DNA of 64,000 nt from Octopus vulgaris. Lineage: Eukaryota. Where the stretch lies: assembly GCA_951406725.2 (NCBI GenBank), contig OX597814.1:187054001-187118000 (forward strand). The letters run 5' to 3'. The translations under genes were made by a program, and so were the position numbers. Shown one piece after another: positions 1 to 10,312 of the stretch (the stretch's first letter is position 1; the number at the start of each line of letters is the position of its first letter). The notes beneath the pieces were generated by a model. It saw only the letters and a program-made list of their open reading frames with translations. It was not told where the DNA came from and made no database searches.

Positions 1-767
1 ACTCTAGTTCGTTTCAGAGAAATGAACGCGGTAGAGGGAACGATAAGAGACAATAGAGGTGGAAGTGGAATTTTTTTTATTTCCAATATCTCTAAAAGAT
101 GATTATTGGAAAAATATAAATTTGTCCGTTGTTTAAGTTTGAATAATTATATTTAACTAACAGTAACAGCAATGTGAGCGCCTCGACTCAATACAAGCGG
201 TGGGGGGGGGACGGAGGTTTCAATGATTGTTGATTTTGTTATTTTCGTTGTTGTTGTTGTTCTTCTTCTTGATGATGATGATGATTCTCTCCATCTTTTG
301 GCGACTGCTTTGTAACCTATTTGTTGTTGGGCGAAATAGCTAATTTTCTCCATCATTGCCTATATTTCAACATAAACACACTACCTCCTCATCCTACTCC
401 TTTACCGGTTATAAACATACGCACAGATACAGATGATACACACATACACATTCACACACACACACACATATAGATATACACACGAGAAAAATGATATCTG
501 TGTGTGTGTGAACAAACATGTATTCACACAAACAGATACATTGATGCATATGTGTAGTAGGTGTAGCAGTAGTAAGCACACCGTATTATTCCTACCTTGA
601 TTACGGCTGTCGGCTTATACGTTATAGTCTGAAAGTCGATTGCTAATTGTTCTTCTGCCGTATATCATGTGTTCATCTACTTTAAAGATTACATATTGTT
701 CAATTATTTATCTCCATATATCTATTCATCTATCATTCCACCTATTTTCTTAACATACCTATTTATC

Positions 768-919
<152 letters not shown>

Positions 920-1109
920 CTTATACATGGGCTTTGGGCCTACTGTCGTAGGTGCTCCGTCGTAGTATAACGGGGTGTCTTATGCGTTCTGAAACGTGGC
1001 CTGGTTGAAGGCATTCCACTCCTTAGCTGATATCAGCTGATTTCTTCGAGAAAGAAATGGAGAAGGACAGATAGACAGAAAGAGAAAAAAATCTATCTCA
1101 GCACAGGCA

Positions 1110-1225
1110 TTTCATTTGTCGACCTTAAAAAGTCGCCTTCAATGGGATTTGAACTCGGCTCAGAGCGCCAGAACGATTACTGCAAAGCAACCTGTCGAAC
1201 GCTAACGACTCTGCCAATTTGACGC
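1110..1225 (-). mobile_element. Decayed fragment of SINE family B
   Basis: 'tttgtcgacc...aagtcgccttcaatgggatttgaactc...gactctgcca' resembles the reverse complement of 46390-46620. Confidence 0.5.
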
Positions 1226-2479
1226 TTTCTCTGTCTGTCTGTGTTACTCAGGTTCTCCTTTATGTAGGTAGTGTCTTGACAGGTTTTCTAATCCGTTATA
1301 TTCCTGATTTATATCCGAATATAGTTTTTAATCTCACCAACCCAACACACACGTTTTGTCTTTCTTCATGCCGCTGACCACCCTGAGTTACTTTTTTAGC
1401 TCATGTTCGTTTAAACGATGTAAATTACTCTAGACCCATAAATATTTTCTACTGTTTGTAGACACTAGAGTTAAAGGTAAAATAATTGCTGTGTTGATGA
1501 TGTTTATTAAAGCAGATACACCTGTCCATAGTTGTCTCCTTGTCGGTAGACAACCAGATTAGCATTTCCTTTATAACATATCAATTTCCGAGATTTCTTG
1601 ATTCTTGAGATGATCCTTGCTTCTCGTTTTGCAACCAATTGTTTATTCTTCTCTTGAAGGGAAGGTAATTTCAATGAATCAAGAATTTATCTCCATATGG
1701 CATTTGATGTGCATTTATTCATATTTATTGTCCATATTCAGGCTAATGTCCGCTTTAAATTATTACTCTAAGTTCGTGTTCTCTTAAATCATTCATACGC
1801 ACGCAGACTCACACACGATGGCTTCGTGCAGTTTCTGTTTATCAAATTTATCTCAGAGGGCATTGTTCAGTGTCAAGTCATAATACAAGGCACTTACCCA
1901 AGGTGCCACACTGTTAGAATGAACCCGAAATCACGTAATTGCAAAGCGGCGTATGTGTGTAACAAACTCAATAAACTATACTGACAGGGTGCCCATATTA
2001 AAGGACTGTCCGAGTTAACAGATGGACGTTACTTATATTGAATTATGTACATGAAACAGGATATATATACACACTGTACATTGAACCTCATAAACCAAAC
2101 AAAAAAATTACAGAAAATACTGGGAACATCAAAATGGCTCATCTCTTTCACTTGTTTCAATCATTAGACTGCGGCCATGCTGGGGCACCTGAAAAGTTGA
2201 CAAATGAGTAGTAAGCTCCATATGGTATTAAATGAAGAGGAGAAAAAAACTAGTCATTATGAGTTAAGAAAACTATGATAATCCCTCAATCTTGTTTCCA
2301 GTTCGTAGACTTTTGAAGTGACTGAAGAAGGGCTGAGTCTATTAGCCGGTGGGTAACTAATATCAGCCAGTTTGGGGTAAATTGTTTTGAAGAATAAGGT
2401 AAGTTTGCTGATGCTGTTTGTAGATAGTGAGTCCCTTTAAGCCTCTAAGATGTAGATAATATTGTTGAATATCAGTTTC

Positions 2480-3640
2480 TCTTGATAAGTTAATCTATGA
2501 AATGACATAACATTACCAAAATATTTTCGTATAACAGATATTTGAGAGCTTCTTCATCATCATCTTCACTATCTCTGATGTCATGTATGCAAGAACTTCA
2601 TCAGCTATTTCGTCTTCTGTTAATACACTTGTAAGCACAGTCGTCCTTTGAGTCTTCTAGTCAGGTTCTGACGTCTTCTGTAACATTTGTCTGCTGAATG
2701 AAATGTTGCAAACTTGATGTTATTGTTGTAAATGCTACTGAGAGTTCTTTGTCCTTGTCCGTATTTCCTAAGAACATCCTCATCAATCATCATGAGAACA
2801 ACATCCAAAATCATCGATGGTATAATCTCTTGCACGCAACAACTATATTCATTGATTGGATCGCGGGAAAAAAAAAACATTTGAGTGACAAGATCATGCA
2901 CCGTGCTTTACCATCATCATTGTCAAGCAGGTAACCACCTGCGTGAGTAAGTGCATGTTCCAAAATTAGTAGTGCCTTCACCTAATCAGCAGTATTTCAG
3001 AAATGAAATTGGAGGGGGAAAAAAAACCGAAAAAAAATCATTAAAAATATGTTTGCTCATCCTCGATTTCTAAGAATGATGATAATGCATAACTGGTTCA
3101 TTATTTGTTTCAAAATTCATGGTCACACTGACCTCACTACACCACCATCACGACCACCACCATGAACTTCAAGTGATGCATACCGTCTGTCTGCGTTTGT
3201 GCAACACAATGCCAAAGAAACGTTTCTTACTTAATGTACAACAAAGAGGATCCATTCTGAAAATCCTATGGTATTCCAGGATACAGGCCACCGATACAGT
3301 CACATCCTCAAAAACACTCTTGGGAAATTAGGAGCCTTTCACATTTAGATTATATAATCTCAAGTGGTTTGCTTTTTTTCGGTTGATACACTGTCTGCTT
3401 CACATGGGTAATTTTTTACTTTATTCTATGACAATTTCAAAGTAGCTATAACTACCCAACACTAGCTTCAAAATTTTTGATGCTCATAATGCCCAGTTAG
3501 CTTGACCGTATGTACAAAGGAAGTTATTACTACAAGATCATTGATGACTAAACCATTTTATTATCCCCAAGATTTTTGCATTTTGCGGTTCTCATATGCT
3601 TCTTTGCACCAACAGATTATGATTTAGAATTTGCATGAAC
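2480..3640 (-). pseudogene. Decayed pogo/Tigger (Jerky/CENP-B-like) DDE transposase
   Basis: Minus-strand translation across frameshifts gives FEASVG (CENP-B HTH-like), VKALLILEHALTH (ALLILDNAPAH-like), IQSMN-IVVACKRLY (IQPMDQ..KRLY-like) and an acidic tail TEDEIADEVL..DDDEE; many stops. Confidence 0.7.
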
Positions 3641-4059
3641 AGTGTATTAAAATAACAAAAAAAAAAAAACAGAGCAAGCTACTTTTCCTTCTATTTAAAA
3701 CTGTTTGCTTTTTAGCATCATATTCTATGCCATCTTGAAGCACCTACCTCTAACTTCCTTAGAAGTTCCAGCTTCTGATTTACAGTCAGAGACTTGCTTA
3801 TCTTTAGACCAGTCATTGGCACCCTGCAACCTGTGAAACTTTATGAATGGCACACTTAATGAAAAATTACCTTCAATTGCTTTAGTAGTGCGGCTTGCCT
3901 AATGAGCGGCCATGTCTCATGCAGTCAGTGTTTCAATAAAGTTTGACAATGCCTGCTTCAAATTATTACCCCCACCTCAACATAAATACATTAACATGGC
4001 TAAAGAAATCTTTCAGGAGAGCATCCCATGAACTAAATATACATACCTGTATGTAATAT

Positions 4060-4468
4060 AGGTGTAGGAATGGCTGTGTGGTAAGTAGCTTGCTTACCAA
4101 CCACATGGTTCCGGGTTGTCCCACTGCGTGACATCTTGGGCAAGTGTCTTCTACTATAGCCTCAGGCTGACCAAAGCCTTGTGAGTGGATTTGGTAGATG
4201 GAAACTGAAAGAAGCCCTTCGTATATATGCATATATATGTATATATATATGTATGTGTGTATATGCTTGTATGTCTGTGTTTGTCCTCCCAGCATCGCTT
4301 GACAACCGATGGTGGTGTGTTTACATACCTGTAACTTAGCGGTTTGGCAAAAAGCGACCGATAGAATAAGTACTAGGCTTATAAAGAATTAGTTCTGGGG
4401 TCAATTTGCTCAACTAAAGGCGGTGCTCCAGCATGGCCACAGTCAAATGACTGAAACAAGTAAAAGAG
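4060..4468 (+). mobile_element. tRNA-derived SINE family A, full length
   Basis: Head GGAATGGCTGTGTGGTAAG (A box) with a degenerate B box, internal (TA)/(TG) tract, tail GACTGAAACAAGTAAAAGAG; many near-identical copies in the window. Confidence 0.92.
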
Positions 4469-4471
4469 ACC

Positions 4472-4872
4472 TGTTTCAGTCATTGGACTGTGGCTATACT
4501 GGAGCACCACTTTGAAGGGTTTAGTCGTACAAATCAACCCAATACTTATTGTTTAAAAGGGTGGGAATTACTCTGTCAGTTTTTTTTTGCTTAACTTCGA
4601 AGTTATAGAGATGTATTCAAACCAAAGCAGGTCATTAAACATTGGAGTAGGAGGACAAACACAAGCATGAAGACACACATAAATATATACATGTACATAT
4701 GTACGACAGGCTTCTTTCAGTTTCCGTCTACCAAATCCAATCCATTCACAAGGTTTTGGTCAGCAGGAAACTGTAGTCGCAAATAGTAGCCCAAGGTGCC
4801 ATGAAGTAGACTGAACCCGGAACTATGTAGTCAGGAAGCCAACTTCTTACCACACAACCATGCCTGCACTTA
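4472..4872 (-). mobile_element. SINE family A, diverged, tail-to-tail with the previous copy
   Basis: Reverse-complement similarity to 4060-4468. Confidence 0.85.
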
Positions 4873-5217
4873 TAGTAGAATCTCACATATGTAATATAAA
4901 CAGTTAAAAAAAATTTCAGTTAAGATTATCCACACATCTAGTAGACTAAAATTCTAGCAGTGATTAAATTCTAAAACTAACAAGGGAGATAACTCCAATA
5001 ATAGCCAATTGAAATTTATTAGTTATCTCAGCCAATCTAAAAAGTCTTTAGAAGTATAATATCTGCATAATATCTACTTTCCAAAAATTTCATTTGGCCG
5101 ACAATGTTGGCATTATCTTCCTCAGATATTTTGGGGATTTTCTTTAAAAAACAAATCTAGAAGAAATCTTAGTCTACTGATAGCATACATTAAGCTCACT
5201 TAAAGGAACTTTTTCAA

Positions 5218-5347
5218 CTCATCATCATCATCATCATCATTTAACGTCCGCTTTCCATGCTAGCATGGGTTGGACGGTTCAACTGGGGTCTGGGAAGCCC
5301 AAAGGCTGCACCAGGCCAGTCAGATCTGGCAGACTGGCCTGGTGCAG
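5218..5347 (-). mobile_element. RTE 3' tail fragment ending in (GAT)n
   Basis: (CAT)n-TTAACGTCCGCTTTCCATGCTAGCATGGG matches the reverse complement of the RTE 3' end at 8990-9044. Confidence 0.85.
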
Positions 5348-5591
5348 ACTCACTACATTACATAAATAAGAAGCAATCGTGTGAAGCAATATTGCCGATT
5401 GTTCCCCTAGAGGTATTTTCCCTCAGACCTATTATATGTATATGTGTGTGTGTTTACGTATGCACGTACATAATATATATAGGATAAAACAGCATTTAAG
5501 GAGGCTGATGGTGGTCTGCATCTGCACAACACATATAAAGTGGAAAAACCAAAAGAAAGAGTGCAGTGGAATTGCCATGGTGAATAAAGTG

Positions 5592-5623
5592 CCCAACGTT
5601 TTGGACAGAACCCTTCTTCAGGA
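5592..5623 (-). ncRNA. Degenerate minimal type I hammerhead ribozyme
   Basis: Minus strand reads cCTGAAGAaggGTTCTGTccAAAACGTTggg; differs from CUGANGA..CCGAAACGUC by two CpG-type transitions. Confidence 0.5.
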
Positions 5624-5792
5624 TTAAGATGATATCAGGAAAAATAGAAAAATAATAGAGTTTTACAATTTCATTGTGTGAAAGACTGGCTACAACTATA
5701 TATATAGATTTGGTTTTATAAACAAGCAAGCGAAATGGAACTCATGTAAATCAGTGCATGCCCGTGTGTGTGTGTGTATGTATGAATGTATA

Positions 5793-6056
5793 TAAGAATA
5801 AAAAGAAAATGGAGAAGTAATTACTAAAATATTATTTATTAATTGTTAAAAATATGACAACCGTTAACGGTTTATAGCCGTTTTCTCAACATCTATTTTT
5901 AATTGGTATGTCTTTACTATCTCTGAAGAGATTCATCTTATAATGAATTTAATTAAAGATTACTGAATCGAAACAGCTGTCAGAGATGTTGTCATATTTC
6001 TTATAATTAATAAATAATATTTTATTAATTACCTCTCCATTTTCTCCTTATTCTTT
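5793..6056. repeat. Imperfect inverted repeat (arms about 5793-5861 and 5988-6056) enclosing a hammerhead; PLE pseudo-LTR-like foldback
   Basis: AAGAATAAAAAGAAAATGGAG...AATATGACAAC versus GTTGTCATATT...CTCCATTTTCTCCTTATTCTT. Confidence 0.85.
5919..5987 (+). ncRNA. Type I hammerhead ribozyme, minimal PLE type, complete core
   Basis: TCT-CTGAAGA(5923-5929)-GATTCA...TGAATC (stem II)-GAAA-CAGCTG (palindromic stem III)-TC-AGA; GUC cleavage triplet, predicted cut after 5981. Confidence 0.85.
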
Positions 6057-6120
6057 AAATATATGAACCATGGTTTATATGGTTACCTTATAGGTGGATT
6101 GGTACCTAACCAGTATTTTC

Positions 6121-6216
6121 ATTGGATTTATTATCCCTTAATGAGGTTTATAACTTTCACTTGAACATATATATATCTGAGTTAGAGGTTAAGAAACCAT
6201 CTAAGGGATATTAAAT

Positions 6217-6222
<6 letters not shown>
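6121..6222. repeat. Second imperfect inverted repeat (about 42-bp arms)
   Basis: ATTGGATTTTATTATCCCTTAATGAGGTTT versus AAACCATCTAAGGGATATTAAATATCCAAT. Confidence 0.7.
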
Positions 6223-6277
<55 letters not shown>

Positions 6278-6374
6278 GCATATATATGCATATGTATATA
6301 TATATATATATATATGTATATATGCATAAATATATATGCAAATGTATACATATATATGCATATACGTATATGTG

Positions 6375-6586
6375 CAGGGTATGTGGTATGTTCGTGTATA
6401 AGTTTGTGACAGCGAAGCTTGCAAGTATGATGTTTTCAAGAACTGTATTTGGAATGTGTGTGAGGAAGTCTATGTCATCCCTTATGTAGCTTGGTATCAG
6501 TGAGAATAAAGGTTTGAGGAGTACATCTATGAAGTGGCTTAATTGTTGTGTTGGCGCCTGGGGCCCTGCCACTATTGGTCTCATTT
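6375..6586 (-). pseudogene. Inverted 5' part of the Penelope-like RT
   Basis: MRPIVAGP...LLKPL...YIRD..DFL...[14 protein letters not shown], the N-terminal PLE RT motifs, on the opposite strand to the rest of the element. Confidence 0.9.
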
Positions 6587-6602
6587 GGTGCCACTATCGC
6601 TT

Positions 6603-7940
6603 CCTGGGTCTGGAAGCAATAAAACAATGGGTAAAAAAATACAGAGAACTCATAGATAAACATTTCAAAACAGACTTTATCACCAAAGTCACCCAATTAA
6701 TACTTGAAGAAAACACATTCTCATTTAACAACAAGACATAGTGATAGATAAAGGGCACGGCTATGGGTACAAAATTCGCACCTTCATATGCCAACCTGGT
6801 GATGGGTTTCCTTGAGAACAAACTATACGATGAAATAGGGAAAGTCTTCGAACACAACTTCAGAGAAGACATCAAGAAAAAGTGGAAATGCTACCTCGAT
6901 GACTGCTTCATCTTTAGGAACAGATCACAAGAAGATCTACGAACATTCCACAACATCCTCAACACACTGCACCCATCTATCAACTTCATGATAGATCCAG
7001 CCACAACGAACTTCCCTTCCTAGACATCAACATCAAGATACACAACTCCATCGTGACAACAGATTTCTACTACAAAAAACCGTCACACACCAATATTTAA
7101 ATTTCTACTCCTGCCACCCATCCCACATAAAAAGAAACATTCCATATAGTATGGCAAGACGCATATGCAGCATAGTAACCGACTCACAAACATGCCAAAT
7201 AAGACTAAATGAACTTAAAAACTTCCTACTAGAACAAAAATACCCCCTTAAACTAATAAAAAATGGAATCTCAAGAGCAATGAAACTGGACATCACACAA
7301 CTCAGAACTTCAAAAACGGAAAACAATGAAAACATCATCCCTTTCATGAACACACACAACCCTGGAGTTACCAACATGTTTCAAATCATACATTCAAACT
7401 TACCAACAGTCCTACAAAGCCCCAAAATGGGAAACATATTAAACAAATATTGCATAAAAAACAGTAAACGACAAGACAAGAACCTGAAGAAACAACTAAC
7501 AAGAGCAAAATTCTCATCAGAGACTAAAACCAAATTCTTTGTAAAAGAGTGCGGAGATGGTAGATGTGGGATCTGCAGTAACCCCACCTACAAATATATA
7601 GAGGGAGACAAACAAATAAAATTTAAGAGTGGTCACATATTCAAAGTAAATGCAGACATGAACTGCAAGACGCAGAACGTAATATACTGCATAACCTTCC
7701 CCACATGCAAGGAGAATTATATAGGCAAAACTGGAAATTCTTATGCCAATGAGCCAGAATTCACTGACATGTCCAACAGGAGGAACTGTGAAAGATTCCA
7801 CTGAGTAAACACATAGATACATGTGGAGAAGGAAAATTTAAGATCTTTCCCTTCTATAAATGCCCAAAGAATGATACCTCCTTCAGGAAAAATATGGAAA
7901 AATACTTCATAACAAAGTTCTTCCCCAAACTGAATGGCTG
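6603..7940 (+). pseudogene. Penelope-like element RT plus GIY-YIG endonuclease, frameshifted
   Basis: LILEENTFSFN, GTAMGTKFAPSYANL, CYLDD, HPS..KRNIPYS, NVIYCITFPTCKENYIGKT; split over ORFs 6514, 6763 and 7151. Confidence 0.93.
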
Positions 7941-8563
7941 AATATTTTTCTATAATAATTTGTACTAGATGAAGGACCAATTTTGTGAAGTAAATTGTAT
8001 TAAACACACACAGTACTACATATATGTACATATACATAAATAAAAACAATCTTCCATCCAAATTCTCCAACCCATATCAGCACAGGAATCAAACATTGGA
8101 TTGAAAGAACTGATCAGCGGTATAGATGTCAACACAATTATTTCTTCTTCCCTTCTCTTTTCCATTGACACTCCTTTCAGATACACAGGCCCCCCCCCCC
8201 CCACACACACACACACTCTCTCTCTCTCACAAGACAATGATAAAAAGAAATCCAGACAAATTTTTGAGAAGTGACATTTTGCCCCACTTCAAGTGACCAG
8301 CTGGGTTTGCCATTTCTAAAAGCCAAGAATCATTTACTATTGAAAGACTGACCAGCTACAAAGATGTCAACACATTTTTTCTTCTTTCTCTCCTTCTTCC
8401 TTTCCTTCTCTTTTCTATTGACACTTCCTTCAGATACAAAATCACAAATGCACTCTCTCTCACTTTCTCCCCATTCCTCACCCTCTTGTACTATCTTATA
8501 TCTCTCTCGACCCCTACACACTCAATAATACTATATAAAGAGAGAAAATTCCTGAAAAAGTTC

Positions 8564-8602
8564 AATCTGACGACTCCACTAGAGTGGATGCAAGTGCTAA
8601 TA
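8564..8602 (+). ncRNA. Degenerate hammerhead in the PLE pseudo-LTR
   Basis: CTGACGA-c-TCCAC-TAGA-GTGGA; GAAA is mutated here but retained in the homolog at 54197-54230 (minus strand). Confidence 0.55.
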
Positions 8603-8621
8603 TATGATTTATAAAAACATG

Positions 8622-9044
8622 TGTCATATCAAAATCGAAATCGATCAACATCAATGGAATTTGTAGTTTGTGGTACCAGTGCCGGTGGCACATAAGAGAA
8701 CCATCCGAACGTGGCCATAGCCAGCACTGCATCGACTGGCCTCCATGCTGGTGGCACGTAACAAACACCATCCAATCATGGCCGTTCCAGCCTCCGTGCC
8801 GGTGGCACATAAAAAACACTATCCGAGTGTGGCCATTTGCCAGCCTTGTCTGGCATCTGTGTCGGTGGTACATAAAAAGCACCCACTAAACTCATGGAGT
8901 GGTTGGCATTAGGAAGGGCATCCAGCTGTAGAAACACCGCCAGATCTGACTGGCCTGGTGCAGCCTTCGGGCTTCCCAGACCCCAGTTGAACCATCCAAC
9001 CCATGTTAGCATGGAAAGCGGACGTTAAACGATGAGGATGATGA
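8622..9044 (+). mobile_element. RTE 3' UTR/tail with internal tandem hairpin repeats
   Basis: Repeated GCCGGTGGCAC(G/A)TAA units; ends GGAAAGCGGACGTTAAAC(GAT)n like the RTE copies at 20290 and 34150. Confidence 0.88.
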
Positions 9045-9134
9045 TAAAACCATCCAGATTTCTGAGTACCTCATTTCTTCTAATATATAATACCTGTACA
9101 TCATCTCCAAATCTTCTAATATATATAAGTATGC

Positions 9135-9165
<31 letters not shown>

Positions 9166-9297
9166 TGTATATATATGTATATATATGTATATATATGTAT
9201 ATAGATATATGTATAGGTATATATATATGCATATATATATGTGTGTATATATGTGTGTGTGTGTATGTATACATATAAATGTACATATATGTATATA

Positions 9298-10050
9298 CAG
9301 CCTTGGCCAAAAGTATTAAGCCACACCAATGTTTTGGGGTTCTGCTGTCTCAATATTAACGTAACTTGTGCACATAGTAGGTTATGGTATATTTCACAAT
9401 AAACATTAATTTTAATACCTGGTTGACCCTCCTTTGGCATCAATTACCGCGTTTATACTGTACTGTACATATGCAACCAATTACGAGTAAGACGAATGTC
9501 CAAAAATAACTTGTATTTCCTTGATTATTTCAGAGTTTTATGCTTAAATACGTTGTAGATAAGTTAATAAACAATAAAATGCCTAAAACAAGGGAGTTGA
9601 ATGAGTTTGAGTGATGTCAAATTGTAGCTCATCATGAAGATGGAATGTCTCAAAGGCTAATTGCTCAGAAGATGAAATGTCCTTAATGTGCAGTGCAAAT
9701 GACTCTCAAGTGCTTGAGAGAGACAAAAGATGTGAAGACATTACAAAGAACAGGTAGAAAAAAAGGTTACATCACCTCGTGATGACAGATCCATCATCTG
9801 TTAGTCGCTCAGAAACAGGAGAAAAACATTGTCGGAGCTCTGTGCGAACTTCGAGGTAAGTACTTCACAAATATCAACTGTTAGAAGAAGGCTTGTAGAG
9901 TTCGGTCTGAAAGGCTGTAAAGACAGGAAGAAGCCATGGGTTTTTGAAGCAAATATGTGAAAACACCTTCAGTGGGCCAAAAACTACTCAAATTGGACTA
10001 GTGAGCAATGGTCGAAAGTCATATGGTCTGATGAAAGTAATTGTGAGGTA
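9298..10050 (+). mobile_element. Tc1-like DNA transposon, 5' part (left TIR plus decayed transposase)
   Basis: TA|CAGCCTTGGCCAAAAGTATT TIR; ATG at 9579 MPKTRELNEFE..., TGRKK, STVRRRL, RKKP, QWSKVIWSDES; stops and frameshifts. Confidence 0.9.
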
Positions 10051-10069
10051 AGATAGTACATGTATTCAA

Positions 10070-10220
10070 TCACTGCCTTCAAAGGTGTGCACAGACATAT
10101 TGCAGAATAGTTGGTGGAAGTTTGTTTTCCATGCGTTCGCAGGTGAGATTTGAGGCCAGCAAAAGACAGGCATGGTCCGTCACAGACTGTGCATACAATA
10201 AGGTCATTGCCATTCACCAT
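10070..10220 (-). pseudogene. Isolated C2H2 zinc-finger coding fragment, probably the C-terminus of an RTE-type LINE
   Basis: CTVCDGPCLSFAGLKSHLRTH in ORF 9984..10310. Confidence 0.55.
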
Positions 10221-10312
10221 ATACATATACATATATACACACACATATATATGTATACATAAATATACACACACACATATATATGTATACATAAATATAC
10301 ACACACACATAT

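Larger units (their letters stand above)
6375..9125 (+). mobile_element. Penelope-like retroelement with 3' UTR/pseudo-LTR, flanked by (TA)n, interrupted by an RTE tail
   Basis: Coding part as above; 8515-8621 plus 9045-9125 match the element at 54060-54340 and contain an HHR remnant. Confidence 0.7.

Noticed and set aside
153-356. 67-aa minus-strand ORF as a host exon
   Set aside because: Largely built from (GAT)/(CTT)/(GTT) triplet tracts; no recognisable domain or clear splice context.
930-1005. CpG-rich hairpin followed by GAAACG after the (TA)n tract
   Set aside because: No CUGANGA core; the hairpin relies on many G-U pairs.
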